Positions 18,446-28,674 of a stretch of DNA of 64,000 bases are shown here, one piece after another (position 1 is the first letter of the stretch; every line of letters starts with the position of its first letter). Source of the DNA: Candidatus Kerfeldbacteria bacterium (GTDB lineage Bacteria > Patescibacteriota > Patescibacteriia > SBBC01); assembly GCA_016207275.1 (NCBI GenBank), contig JACQPY010000017.1, positions 2,479-66,478 of the forward strand, in the 5' to 3' direction. The notes below the pieces were generated by a model. That model was not told the origin of the DNA, searched no databases, and saw only the letters and a list, made by a program, of their open reading frames with translations. The position numbers were made by a program, and so were the translations under genes.

Positions 18446-20209
18446 ATGCCAACGGAAGTCTTTAACTGGAAAATCTGCGGCGTCGGTGGTTACGGCTTGC
18501 AGGTGGCTTCGAGCATGTTGGGGAAGACATTCTTGCGGGGCGGACTGAACGTCCAAACATACGACGAGTTTCCGTCGGTCATCAAAGGCGGCCCGGCGAC
18601 CAGTCAGGTGGCGGCTAGCGTGGCGCCGATTCGCAGTCCGCGCCAGGCGGTCCAGCTGCTGGTTTGCTTGAACGAGCAGTCGATTCGCGACCACGTTCGC
18701 GAGCTCGTTCCGGGCGGCTGGTTGCTCTACGATCCTGACGCCGTGCCCAAGCCGTCGGTCAAACGGACCGACCTGACGCTCTTCCCCGCGCCCCTAACTC
18801 GGATTACCCAGGAGGTTAAAGCCGAGAAAATCATGCGCAACGTGGTCTCGATTGGAGCCACGCTCGGTCTCCTTGGTTTTTCTACTGATCTGGTCAACCA
18901 GCAGCTACGCCAGCAGTATGGCCAAAAGGGTGAGGAGGTCGTTCAAGAAAACCTCAAGGCGGTTGAGGCGGGAGCGACGTATGCCACCGAGCATGCGCCA
19001 GCAAAATTCCCGTTCCGGCTGAAGGTCGGGCGTCGTCGTCAGCGACGAATGCTGATTTCCGGAAACGATGCGCTCGGGCTGGGCGCGCTGGCCGCGGGTG
19101 TCCGGTTTTATGCCGGCTACCCGATGACGCCATCGACCTCACTCCTTTTTTTCATGGTCAAGCACGGACCTGACTTTGGCGTGGTAGTCCGTCAGCTGCC
19201 TGACGAAATCGCCGTGATCAACGCCGCCATCGGCGCTTCGTTTGCCGGCGTTCGTTCGATGGTCGCCACTTCTGGCGGCGGATTTTCCTTGATGGTCGAG
19301 TCACTCGGTTTGGCGGCCATGACCGAGACGCCGCTGGTAGTCGTCAACGCCCAGCGTCCCGGTCCGGCCACGGGCTTACCGACCTGGACCGAGCAGGGCG
19401 ATTTACGTTTTGTGATGCACGCCGCGCCGGGCGATTTTCCGCGGGTGGTGGTGGCCCCCGGCGACGTGACCGAGTGTTTTCAGGCCATGTCGTTAGCGTT
19501 CAATATCGCCGATCGCTACCAGACGCCGGTGGTGGTTTTAACCGACAAATTCTTAGGCGAGAGTTCGTTCACCACCGACGCAATGCGTACGACCGACTGG
19601 CGCGTTGACCGCGGTCCAGTCGTGACCCGCGGCGTGATCAGCGGGGAGCACGGTATGTTTCCGCGGTACGCCGATACCCCGTCCGGGGTATCACCGCGCC
19701 CGTTCCCCGGCACCCCTGGGTTACCGTACATGGCCAACTCGGACGAGCACGATGAGTTTGGCTTGTCGACCGAGGAGGCGAGCGTTCGCCTGGTTCAGCA
19801 CGCGAAACGAATGCGCAAACTAACTGATTTGGCCTGGGACTTACCCGAACCCGAGCGCTATGGCCCGACTAAGGCCGATCTGACACTCCTCAGCTGGGGC
19901 TCGACCAAGGGGCCGGCCTTAGATGCTCTTGAGCTACTGGCCGCCGAGGGGATCCGGATCAATTTGATTCACTTTTTTGTGCTCCATCCTTTTCCGGCCG
20001 CGACGACGATCAAACGTTTAGCCGGCGTCAAACGGTTGGTGACGGTTGAGGGTAATGCCAGCGGCCAGCTCGCCGGTCTGATTCGTCAACATACCGGTTT
20101 GGCGATCGAGGATCAGATTCTACGGTACGATGGGCGTCCGTTCGAAGCGGTTGAGTTGGCCGCGGCCGTGCGCGAGCGGCTCGGCATCAAACGGCGGGCC
20201 CATGCCTAA
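18446..20209 (+). CDS. 2-oxoacid:ferredoxin oxidoreductase, fused gamma-alpha subunit
   Basis: N-terminal gamma-like domain (ICGVGGYGLQVASSMLG) followed by alpha domains. TATACT -10 lies 6 nt upstream of ATG. Confidence 0.85.
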   Translation: MPTEVFNWKICGVGGYGLQVASSMLGKTFLRGGLNVQTYDEFPSVIKGGPATSQVAASVAPIRSPRQAVQLLVCLNEQSIRDHVRELVPGGWLLYDPDAVPKPSVKRTDLTLFPAPLTRITQEVKAEKIMRNVVSIGATLGLLGFSTDLVNQQLRQQYGQKGEEVVQENLKAVEAGATYATEHAPAKFPFRLKVGRRRQRRMLISGNDALGLGALAAGVRFYAGYPMTPSTSLLFFMVKHGPDFGVVVRQLPDEIAVINAAIGASFAGVRSMVATSGGGFSLMVESLGLAAMTETPLVVVNAQRPGPATGLPTWTEQGDLRFVMHAAPGDFPRVVVAPGDVTECFQAMSLAFNIADRYQTPVVVLTDKFLGESSFTTDAMRTTDWRVDRGPVVTRGVISGEHGMFPRYADTPSGVSPRPFPGTPGLPYMANSDEHDEFGLSTEEASVRLVQHAKRMRKLTDLAWDLPEPERYGPTKADLTLLSWGSTKGPALDALELLAAEGIRINLIHFFVLHPFPAATTIKRLAGVKRLVTVEGNASGQLAGLIRQHTGLAIEDQILRYDGRPFEAVELAAAVRERLGIKRRAHA

Positions 20210-21080
20210 ACCGCTGCCGCTAACCGAACGATCCTTCCGCTCACGGCCGCCGAATTGGTGCCCGGGCTGCGGGGATTTTGGCATTTGGACCGCGCTCAAG
20301 CGGGCGTTGGTGACGTTGCAGCTCAAACCAGATCAATTGACTATCGTCTTTGGTATCGGCTGCTCCGGCAACATGGTTAACGTTGTGCGAGCCTACGGTT
20401 TTCACGGCCTGCATGGCCGAACGCTACCGGTGGCCGAGGGCATTCGTTTGGCCAACCACAAGTTGCCGGTTATCGTTGTTGGCGGTGACGGCGATGGATT
20501 AGGTGAAGGCATCGGCCACTTTATCCACGCTATTCGGGCCAACCCGAACGTCACCTACATTCTGCACGACAACCAAGTCTACGGCTTGACCAAGGGTGAG
20601 CACAGTCCGACCGCGCCGAAAGGGTTTGTCAGTACCACCGCACCAACCGGCGTGATTGAAGAACCAGTCAACCCGATCGGCTTAGCCTTAGCCGCCGGCG
20701 CTTCGTTCGTCAGCCGCGGTTTTGCCGGCGATCTCGATAGCCTGGAGACGTTGCTGGTCGCCGCCATCCGGCATCAAGGGTTGGCCCTGGTTGACGTGCT
20801 GCAGCCATGTGTGACCTTCAACCATCACAACACGTACCTGTGGTACTATCAACGGGTCTACCAGCTGAGCAACGTCCAGCACGACCCGAGTAAGCTCGAC
20901 CTGGCGTGGCGTCGAGCTCAGGAACCAATGGACGAAAAAATCCCGGTCGGCATTTTTTTCCAAACGAAGCGGCCGACACTCGAATCACAGTTGCCGCCGT
21001 TGCAAGGCGGCCGGACGCTGCTTGAGCAGCAGCCGGTCAGGCCAGTCGATATTTCCGCAGTGGTGGCCCAGTACCAGTAG
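20202..21080 (+). CDS. 2-oxoacid:ferredoxin oxidoreductase beta subunit (TPP-binding)
   Basis: CPGCGDFGI Cys motif and GDG TPP-binding motif. The ATG overlaps the alpha stop. No delta/ferredoxin subunit is present. Confidence 0.85.
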   Translation: MPKPLPLTERSFRSRPPNWCPGCGDFGIWTALKRALVTLQLKPDQLTIVFGIGCSGNMVNVVRAYGFHGLHGRTLPVAEGIRLANHKLPVIVVGGDGDGLGEGIGHFIHAIRANPNVTYILHDNQVYGLTKGEHSPTAPKGFVSTTAPTGVIEEPVNPIGLALAAGASFVSRGFAGDLDSLETLLVAAIRHQGLALVDVLQPCVTFNHHNTYLWYYQRVYQLSNVQHDPSKLDLAWRRAQEPMDEKIPVGIFFQTKRPTLESQLPPLQGGRTLLEQQPVRPVDISAVVAQYQ

Positions 21081-21087
21081 GTTGTCC

Positions 21088-22815
21088 ATGGCCAAGCGTT
21101 GGATGGTGCAACCGAAAGCCCCGGCGGACGTTAGCCAGAAGTTTCCGGAGATCGACCCGATCCTGCGGCAGCTACTATTTGCCCGCGGCTTAACGACCCA
21201 GGCGGCCATTGATGCCTTTTTAAAACCCGACTACTCGCGGGACGTACACGATCCCTTCCGTTTTCACGACATGCATCGAGCCGTCGAGCGGATTGCCCGC
21301 GCCTTGCAAACGAAGGAGCGGATCGTCATCTACGGCGACTACGACGCCGACGGTGTCTGCGCCAGCGCGGTGTTGACCGAGACCCTCACGGCGCTGGGAG
21401 CGAACCTTGACGTCTACATTCCGTTTCGGGAAACGGAGGGCTATGGTTTGAACGTGGCGGCGGTGGAGGAATTGGCTGAGCAGCAAACGTCTTTGATTAT
21501 GACGGTTGACTGTGGCACGTCGAATGCCGCCGAAGTCGCTCGGGCAAACGAGCTGGGCCTTGACGTCATTATCACTGATCACCACGACCAGCCCCCAACG
21601 TTGCCGCCGGCGTACGCCATCGTTAACCCTGAGCTGACCGCCGAGACCTACCCCTACCGACACCTGGCCGCCGCTGGCGTGGCCTTTAAGGTGGCTACGG
21701 CGCTGCTGCAGCACACCCGCTACGGCGCCAGTCTCGGCCGCTCGCCGCTGCCAACCGGCTGGGAAAAGTGGCTGCTCGACTTGGTGGCCATCTCGACCGT
21801 CACCGATATGGTGCCGCTCCTGGACGAGAATCGTATCTTCGTTCGCTTTGGCCTCGGCGTGCTGCGCAAGACTCGGCGGCTCGGCCTGCGCGAGCTGTTC
21901 GCCACGATGCGCACGCCGCTTGAGCGCGCCGATGAAGAAACGTTGGCTTTTCAGCTCGGCCCGCGTTTGAACGCAGCCGGCCGGATGAACCACGCTTCGA
22001 CCGCCTACCGGTTACTGGTGACGACCGATTCGGGTGAAGCAAAACAGTTGGCCACTGAGCTATCACAGGCTAACCAGGAACGGCAGCGCCTCACCGAAGT
22101 CATCGTGCAGGAGGCGCAGGCCGCACTCGGGAAGGACCCGCGCGAACAGTTACTGTGCGCCCGGGGAGTGGCCTGGCCCGTCGGCCTGCTCGGCCTAGTC
22201 GCTTCGAAGTTGGTCGAGTCGCACCACCGACCGGCCGTGGTGATGACCGAATCCCACGGTCGGGTGGTTGGCTCTGGTCGGTCGGTTGAACCGTTCGACA
22301 TTACGGCCGCCTTAGCTGAACTGCGCGATCACCTCGATCGGTTCGGCGGGCATCCCCAGGCCTGCGGCTTCACCCTGAAATCATCAGCTGACCCGACGGC
22401 CTTCACCCACGACCTGCAAGCGTACGCCAAGCAGAAGTTGGCTGGCGCTGACCTGACCAAGGTCTTGCGGGTTGACGCCGACGTGGTGCTTGATGATATT
22501 AATTGGGAACTGGTTGCCGACGTCGAGCGGCTGGCGCCGTTCGGCGTGGCCGCCCCGCGGCCGACATTTGTCAGTCGGGGCGTGGGCGTGGTCTGGGTCA
22601 ATACGGTCGGCAAGGATGGTCAGCACCTCCGTCTGCACGTCACCCACGCGACTTCAGAAGTCCATAAGACGATCGGCTTCCGATTCGGTACCTGGGTGGA
22701 ACAGCTGCAGCCGGGCGACGCCGTCGACTTGGTTTTTGAAGTGGGCGTTAACGAATGGAACGGCAACCGCGAGATTGAACTTAAAATTGTCGACCTCGAT
22801 CATGCTCGGACGTAA
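21088..22815 (+). CDS. recJ: single-stranded-DNA-specific exonuclease RecJ
   Basis: DHH motifs (IYGDYDADGVCA, ITDHHD) and DHHA1 region. Confidence 0.9.
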   Translation: MAKRWMVQPKAPADVSQKFPEIDPILRQLLFARGLTTQAAIDAFLKPDYSRDVHDPFRFHDMHRAVERIARALQTKERIVIYGDYDADGVCASAVLTETLTALGANLDVYIPFRETEGYGLNVAAVEELAEQQTSLIMTVDCGTSNAAEVARANELGLDVIITDHHDQPPTLPPAYAIVNPELTAETYPYRHLAAAGVAFKVATALLQHTRYGASLGRSPLPTGWEKWLLDLVAISTVTDMVPLLDENRIFVRFGLGVLRKTRRLGLRELFATMRTPLERADEETLAFQLGPRLNAAGRMNHASTAYRLLVTTDSGEAKQLATELSQANQERQRLTEVIVQEAQAALGKDPREQLLCARGVAWPVGLLGLVASKLVESHHRPAVVMTESHGRVVGSGRSVEPFDITAALAELRDHLDRFGGHPQACGFTLKSSADPTAFTHDLQAYAKQKLAGADLTKVLRVDADVVLDDINWELVADVERLAPFGVAAPRPTFVSRGVGVVWVNTVGKDGQHLRLHVTHATSEVHKTIGFRFGTWVEQLQPGDAVDLVFEVGVNEWNGNREIELKIVDLDHART

Positions 22816-24286
22816 ACTGGCGCTGATTATCGTGGCCCTGGTCGGGCTCGCCATTACCGCCCTTGAGCTGGCCGCCGCTCGACTGCTGGCGCCGTTCTTC
22901 GGTAGTACGATTTTTGTCTACGGCAGCGCCATCGGCATTGTTTTGGCCGCCCTGGCCCTTGGTTACGGCCTCGGTGGACGTTACGCCGACCGCTACCCTC
23001 GGCGAGCGGTGCTGAGCAGCATTATCCTGCTGGCTGGACTGAGCGCGGCGGTAATTCCATTGCTGTATCGGCCGGTGGCCCAAGCGATCGATGCCTTTGG
23101 CGCTCCCCGTGGCGTGCCGGTCGGCCTGCTCGTGGTCGTGGCCATGACCGTGCTGTTTGCCGTCCCGGTCTTGGCGCTCGGCGCGGTCAGTCCGTTTGTC
23201 CTGCGGCTGTCACTGCGCGACCTCAGCGAGAGCGGTCGCTGGAGCGGCTTGCTGTCCGGTCTGTCGACCTTTGGCAGCATCGTGGGAACATTTCTGGCGA
23301 CGTTCGTTACCATCCCGCTCCTGGGGACGCGGTTGACGATCGTCGGTGCGGCTGCGATCTTGCTAGTGCTCGGCGTCATGCTGGCGCCATTCGGGCGGAC
23401 GGCACGACTACTACCGGTGTTTCTGTTCCTTCCCTTGGCCGCGGCCGGTTTGAGCGGACCATTTTTGTCCCGACCAGGCCTGGCCTGGGAGCGCGAATCA
23501 CCATACCAGCTGGTTCAGGTCTTACACTATCGTGACGCGACCTATTTGGTGACTGACGCGGCCGACGGCATCCAGTCAGTCTACCGCGCCGCCTCAGCCT
23601 ACACCCAGACGTACTACGATAGTTTCGCGCTCTTACCATTCTTGGCTGAGGGGGAGGAGCAGCAACGGTCGGTGTTGGTTCTCGGCTTGGCCGGCGGCAG
23701 CATGGTTCGGCTCTACCAGGAAACGTTGACTGATCAATTTTCGTTCGAGACCGTCGGCGTGGAGATCGATCAACGGGTGCTCGAGGCGGCCCGCGCTCAC
23801 TTTGCGCTTGACCGACTCGATCTAACGGTCGTGGCCGATGATGCCCGACGCTACCTGGCCCGAACCGACCGCCGATTTGACGTGATCATCGTTGATGCGT
23901 ACGTCCACGAATTGCAAATCCCGCCGCTGCTGGCCACCCGTGAGTTCTTTGCCGACCTCCGTCGGCACCTCGCCCCGGGTGGCATCGTCGGGATGAACGT
24001 AGCAGTCTTGTCGGGCAGTCGTTTTTATCCAAAATTTCTTCAGACGGTAGCCGACGTGTTTCCTGATGTTCGACACGCCCCCTTCGCTGCGGGCGCGGCC
24101 AACCACTTGGTGTTAGCGGCGGAAACAGTGGCCCTCGATCGTTTGCCAAGAACGATTGCGCCGGAAATTGATCGTTTTCTAAGTCACACAGTACCGGCAC
24201 TTCGGCTAGTCGAGCGAACGGCCGAGACGGTGTATACTGACGACCGGACCGACCTCGAACTACTGATGGCCAATCCGCATGGCTGA
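22802..24286 (+). CDS. polyamine aminopropyltransferase (spermidine synthase-like) with N-terminal multi-TM domain
   Basis: N-terminal ~8 TM helices. C-terminal PABS/Rossmann region (VLVLGLAGGSMVR, DVIIVDAY). ATG 22802 overlaps the recJ stop. The ORF-track start at 22472 is a run-on. Confidence 0.75.
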   Translation: MLGRKLALIIVALVGLAITALELAAARLLAPFFGSTIFVYGSAIGIVLAALALGYGLGGRYADRYPRRAVLSSIILLAGLSAAVIPLLYRPVAQAIDAFGAPRGVPVGLLVVVAMTVLFAVPVLALGAVSPFVLRLSLRDLSESGRWSGLLSGLSTFGSIVGTFLATFVTIPLLGTRLTIVGAAAILLVLGVMLAPFGRTARLLPVFLFLPLAAAGLSGPFLSRPGLAWERESPYQLVQVLHYRDATYLVTDAADGIQSVYRAASAYTQTYYDSFALLPFLAEGEEQQRSVLVLGLAGGSMVRLYQETLTDQFSFETVGVEIDQRVLEAARAHFALDRLDLTVVADDARRYLARTDRRFDVIIVDAYVHELQIPPLLATREFFADLRRHLAPGGIVGMNVAVLSGSRFYPKFLQTVADVFPDVRHAPFAAGAANHLVLAAETVALDRLPRTIAPEIDRFLSHTVPALRLVERTAETVYTDDRTDLELLMANPHG

Positions 24287-24692
24287 CCGACCGCTGGTCA
24301 TCTACACTGACGGTGGGGCCCGCGGTAACCCGGGACCCGGTGCCATTGGGGTGATTATCATTGATGGTGATTGTCAGATTGATTCGTTCGGCCGCGTCGT
24401 GGGCGAGCGAGTGACCAACAACCAGGCCGAGTATCTGGCCGTCGAGGCAGCACTGATCCGAGCGCGTGAGCTCGGCGGCACGCACCTGACGATCAAGCTC
24501 GATAGCGAGCTGGTGGCCAGCCAGCTCCGTCGCGAGTACAAAATAAAAGATCGCGCACTCGGAGCGATTTTTCTCCGTGTCTGGAACCTCATGCAGGGTT
24601 TTGAGAAGGTGACATTTATCACTATTCCGAGGGAGCAGAATTGGGAGGCAGACGCGAAGGTCAACGAGGCGCTGGACGCTGCCGCGAGCTGA
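24279..24692 (+). CDS. rnhA: ribonuclease HI
   Basis: VIYTDGGARGNPGPGAIGV N-terminal RNase H motif. Confidence 0.85.
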   Translation: MADRPLVIYTDGGARGNPGPGAIGVIIIDGDCQIDSFGRVVGERVTNNQAEYLAVEAALIRARELGGTHLTIKLDSELVASQLRREYKIKDRALGAIFLRVWNLMQGFEKVTFITIPREQNWEADAKVNEALDAAAS

Positions 24693-24729
24693 TTTCGGTT
24701 CCTAACGCGCCGGTCAGGAAAAGATCCCC

Positions 24730-25332
24730 ATGGTAGATAAAGTTATATTCGACACTGACGGCCTGGTGATTCAACGGGAAATGTACTTCAGCGCACGTCT
24801 GTCGAAGGATTTTGGCGTGGCCCCAGAAAAAGTGCTGCAATTTTTTAAACATGAATTTAAGCAATGCCTGATTGGAAAGGCAGATGCAAAGGAAGAACTA
24901 AAAAAGTACGCGGCCTCATGGAATTGGACAGGCACTATCGAACAGTTACTTGAGTATTGGTTTAAGAGTGAAAGCACAATTGACCAACGAATTATCCAAA
25001 CAGTTCAGTCCCTGAGCGCCGCTGGGATTCACTGCTATCTTGATACGAATAACGAAAGGTACCGGACAGAGTATCTACGGCAAACACTCGGATTGGGGAA
25101 GGTCTTTGATGCTATTTTTTCATCAAGCCTGCTCGGGTGCGCAAAACCTGCCGTGGAATTCTGGCAGGCGATTCATAAACAGCTGGGTGAGCCGGACAAA
25201 GCGACGGTGATGGTGTGGGACGACGAAAAAGAAAGCGTGAAATCGGCCCGTGGCTTTGGATTTCAAGCAGAGCTCTACTTAGGATTTGGAGCTTTTCAAA
25301 AAGTTATGCAGTCACGCTTAGGGTTTGCCTAG
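24730..25332 (+). CDS. HAD-superfamily hydrolase (low-GC, likely horizontally acquired)
   Basis: FDTDG motif I. Gene GC ~46% versus a ~62% background. Confidence 0.6.
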   Translation: MVDKVIFDTDGLVIQREMYFSARLSKDFGVAPEKVLQFFKHEFKQCLIGKADAKEELKKYAASWNWTGTIEQLLEYWFKSESTIDQRIIQTVQSLSAAGIHCYLDTNNERYRTEYLRQTLGLGKVFDAIFSSSLLGCAKPAVEFWQAIHKQLGEPDKATVMVWDDEKESVKSARGFGFQAELYLGFGAFQKVMQSRLGFA

Positions 25333-25427
25333 ACCGTGAAATGGGGAGAGACACATTCCCGAGAGGACATGCTCTTGGCTCTGATAACCTCCGCGAGCGC
25401 CTAATAAGAGGTGAGACGTATTGGGTC

Positions 25428-25456
25428 TTGACGAACAAGCCCCCTTTTTGTATGCT
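25428..25456 (+). promoter_or_regulatory. sigma70-like promoter for RNase P RNA (TTGACG-17-TATGCT)
   Basis: -35 TTGACG at 25428-25433, 17-bp spacer, -10 TATGCT at 25451-25456, ~8 nt before the RNA 5' end. Confidence 0.6.
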
Positions 25457-25463
25457 CGTTGAG

Positions 25464-25975
25464 CTCTTAGGAAGCCGGGTGATCGCCCCGGTCGTATGAC
25501 CGGGGAGGAAAGTCCGAACACCTGCCTTTACAATTCGTGAAGGTACCAAGGAGAGTCGCTAACGGCGACCGGGCGAGGTACGTGAGCATCCGTTCGCGAA
25601 TACTTACGTGTCGAAGCCTAGGGATCCACGACTGCGCAAGCGTGTCGGGACGAAGAGTGCAACAGAAACATACCGCCTCGCCTTCTTATCGGGCGGGGTA
25701 AGGGTGAAATCGTGGGGTAAGAGCCCACGCGCCGACTCGGTGACGGGAAGGCGGGGCAAACCCTCTCCGGTGCAAGATTAAATAGGTTGGTCGGGTCATT
25801 CGACCCGACTGACGGGTTGATCGCTAGAGCGTCGCAGCAATGCGTCGCCCAGAGAGATGATCACCCCTCGACTCGCCTCACTCGCTCGGGGCAGGCCCTC
25901 GCGGTTGACCGGGACTTGTCCTGAGCGAGGCCGAAGGCCGAGTCGAAGGACAGAATTCGGCTTACAGGCTTCCCG
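25464..25975 (+). ncRNA. rnpB: RNase P RNA (bacterial type A, unusually long, ~510 nt)
   Basis: P4 GGAGGAAAGTCCG. Conserved AGAAACATACCGCC, GGTAAGGGTGAAA and GGTAAGAGCCCAC elements. 3' ACAGAATTCGGCTTACAGGCTTCC pairs with 5' GGAAGCC (P1). Confidence 0.85.
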
Positions 25976-25983
25976 AGAGCACT

Positions 25984-27375
25984 TTGGATATGAAAAAATC
26001 AGAACTGGCGATCAGTGCGATGTTGGTTCCCCTCGACTACGCCGTCCTCATCGCCGCTGGCCTGGTTACCTACAAAATTCGTTTTTCTGCCTTTACGGGC
26101 ATTCGGGCGGTGACTGAGGTAATTCCGCTGAACGTCTACCTCAACGTGTTGCTCGTCGTGGCCGCGGTCTGGGTCGCTATTTTTGCCGTCTCCGGGCTGT
26201 ACACGATTCGGTCGACGCGGCGGGCGGCTGATGAGCTGGCGAAGATTTTCCTGGCCTGTTCGACCGGAATTTTGTTAGTCATTGTCGCGATTTTTTTCCA
26301 GCGGGAACTGTTCGCCTCGCGTTTTGTCGTTTTGGTCGGCTGGTTCGTGGCCGTCGTGTTGGTGACTATTGAACGAGCGGTGGTGCGGGTCGTCCAGCAA
26401 GCCATGTTTACCCGCGGCATCGGGGTGCATCGCGTCGTGGTGGTTGGGACCGACGAAACGACGCAGGACATTGTTAGCTTCCTCAGCACGCATCTGTCGC
26501 TCGGTTACCGCATCATCGATCGGATCGATGGCGTCACGCCAGACCTCTTTGATCGCTTAGTTGAACGGATGCGAACGACGCGAATCGACGAGATCATCCA
26601 AGCAGACCCAAATGTTCCGAAGGCCGATACCCTGAAGATGATCGATTTCTGCAACGAGCACCACATCATCTTTAAGTACGCGGCCGACCTGTTTGACACG
26701 CACTCGTCGAATGTCGAGGTCCAGGCACTGGCGGGCGTGCCGATCATTGAAATCAAGCGTACCCGACTCGACGGGTGGGGCAAGATATTGAAACGTTTGT
26801 TCGATGTGGTCGTCTCGGTTATCGGCTTGATCGTGACCTCGCCAATGCTCCTGATCGTCGGATTGTCGGTCAAGCTCGACTCGGCCGGCCCGATGGTGGT
26901 TAAGTTGGAACGAGTCGGTGAGGGCGGCAACCACTTCTGGCTGCTTAAGTTTCGTTCGATGGTTAAGAATGCCGAGGCCCTGAAGCAACAATTGCTCGAT
27001 AAGAACGAACGTGATGGACCATTATTCAAGATGAAAAACGATCCGCGGATTACTCGCCTTGGACACTTTCTTCGTCGGACGTCGCTCGATGAGTTACCGC
27101 AGCTGTGGAACGTGGTGCGCGGCGAGATGAGCCTGGTCGGTCCGCGACCGCACGAACCGGCCGAGGTGGCCCGGTACGAAAAACATCACCGTAAATTGCT
27201 TTCGATTAAGCCGGGGATTACCGGCATGGCCCAGACGTCCGGTCGCTCCGACCTGACGTTCGAGGAAGAGGTCCGATTAGATACTTTTTACATTGAGAAC
27301 TGGTCGCTCAAACTCGACCTCCAAATTCTTTTAAAGACGCCGTGGGTAGTCTTGACGATGCGGTCGGCCGTATGA
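25984..27375 (+). CDS. undecaprenyl-phosphate hexose-1-phosphate transferase (WbaP/EpsB-like polyprenyl glycosylphosphotransferase)
   Basis: N-terminal TM block. C-terminal bacterial sugar transferase domain (GPRPHEPAEVARYE..., PGITGMAQ). Confidence 0.85.
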   Translation: MDMKKSELAISAMLVPLDYAVLIAAGLVTYKIRFSAFTGIRAVTEVIPLNVYLNVLLVVAAVWVAIFAVSGLYTIRSTRRAADELAKIFLACSTGILLVIVAIFFQRELFASRFVVLVGWFVAVVLVTIERAVVRVVQQAMFTRGIGVHRVVVVGTDETTQDIVSFLSTHLSLGYRIIDRIDGVTPDLFDRLVERMRTTRIDEIIQADPNVPKADTLKMIDFCNEHHIIFKYAADLFDTHSSNVEVQALAGVPIIEIKRTRLDGWGKILKRLFDVVVSVIGLIVTSPMLLIVGLSVKLDSAGPMVVKLERVGEGGNHFWLLKFRSMVKNAEALKQQLLDKNERDGPLFKMKNDPRITRLGHFLRRTSLDELPQLWNVVRGEMSLVGPRPHEPAEVARYEKHHRKLLSIKPGITGMAQTSGRSDLTFEEEVRLDTFYIENWSLKLDLQILLKTPWVVLTMRSAV

Positions 27376-27540
27376 TCCCGTTAGAGAGAGAGCGCTATTC
27401 ATCCATAACTGGTGAAATGTTCTTATGAATACTTTGCGAGCTAACTCTCTAACGGGATGATCCCGTTAGAAAGCAACCTAATTGGAGTTTCAGTAATGTT
27501 TAACCCCACGACGCTAATTGTTGACTTTCTAACGGGATGA
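27376..27540. repeat. two tandem ~82-bp AT-rich palindromic units (GATCCCGTTAGAnAG ... CTnTCTAACGGGATGA)
   Basis: Unit 1 is 27376-27460 and unit 2 is 27459-27540. Each is bounded by the inverted repeat CCCGTTAGA / TCTAACGGG. AT-rich in a GC-rich genome. Confidence 0.7.
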
Positions 27541-28655
27541 GCCAACCTCGACGAATTGCCCTGGTCCACGACCATCTCGGCCAAGACGGCGGCGCCGAAC
27601 GGGTGTTGGCCGTATTGCAAGAACTCTATCCCGAGGCCCCGACCTACACCTTGGTCTACAACCCGGCGCGAGCTAATCCGGTCTTTGCCGGGCGCGATAT
27701 TCGGACGTCGTTTTTGCAGCGGTTGCCGTTCGGGTCGCGTCGCTACCAGTGGTACTTGGCCTGGATGCCCAACGCGGTTGAGCGCTTCGACCTGACCGAG
27801 TACGAGGCTGTCATCTCGAGCTCGGCGATGTTTGCCCGCGGGGTGATCACGCTACCCCAGACGTTGCACATCGATTACTGCCATACCCCGACTCGTTTCT
27901 TGTGGAGCGATACCCACCGCTACGTCGAAGAACTACGGTATCCCCGAGTTGTTCGGGCTTTGATCCCGTTTTTACTGACTCGTATTCGGCAGTGGGATCG
28001 GCTGGCCGCTGATCGGGTCGATCTTTTTTTTGCCAACTCGGTGAGCGTTCAGCGCCGAATTGAGAAGTACTACCGCCGCCCGAGCACCATTGTGCACCCA
28101 CCGGTTAACACGACCCAGTTTTCGGCGGCTGACCGCGTGGGTAACTATTTTTTGATCGGCGGCCGGCTGGTCGCGTACAAGCGTTACGACCTGGCAGTGC
28201 GGGCATTTAACCGACTCGGCATCCCGCTCAAAATTTTCGGCGTCGGTCCCGAGGAACGGCGCCTAAGCGAACTGGCCAAGCCGAACATTGAATTTCTCGG
28301 CCGGGTAACGCCCGACGAACTGAAACGTCTGTACCGCGAATGCCTGGCCTTCCTCCACCCGCAGGAGGAAGATTTCGGCATCACCGCGATCGAGGCGAAT
28401 GCCTCCGGTCGGCCAGTCATTGCCTACGCCGCCGGCGGCGCGTTGGAGACGGTGATCGATGGCCGGACCGGTATTTTCTTCCACGAACAAGAATGGGAGT
28501 CGTTGGCCGACGCCGTCATCCGTTTTCAGCCGGAACGGTTTAACGCTGCCGACATTCGGGCGCATGCCTTGACTTTCGATACCGCGCAGTTCAAGCAGCG
28601 GTTCAGTCGGGCCGTCGAGGCGGCGTGGACCGAGCACCTTCGCAAGTGGTCCTAA
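27537..28655 (+). CDS. GT4-family glycosyltransferase
   Basis: C-terminal EDFGITAIEANASGRPVIAYAAGG (GT-B, E-X7-E region). Confidence 0.8.
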   Translation: MSQPRRIALVHDHLGQDGGAERVLAVLQELYPEAPTYTLVYNPARANPVFAGRDIRTSFLQRLPFGSRRYQWYLAWMPNAVERFDLTEYEAVISSSAMFARGVITLPQTLHIDYCHTPTRFLWSDTHRYVEELRYPRVVRALIPFLLTRIRQWDRLAADRVDLFFANSVSVQRRIEKYYRRPSTIVHPPVNTTQFSAADRVGNYFLIGGRLVAYKRYDLAVRAFNRLGIPLKIFGVGPEERRLSELAKPNIEFLGRVTPDELKRLYRECLAFLHPQEEDFGITAIEANASGRPVIAYAAGGALETVIDGRTGIFFHEQEWESLADAVIRFQPERFNAADIRAHALTFDTAQFKQRFSRAVEAAWTEHLRKWS

Positions 28656-28674
28656 ATCTTGTATCCTACTGACT

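Noticed and set aside
25215-26117. ORFs 25215..25499, 25304..25549(-), 25318..25521(-) and 25857..26117
   Set aside because: They overlap the RNase P RNA gene and its promoter. They are non-coding.
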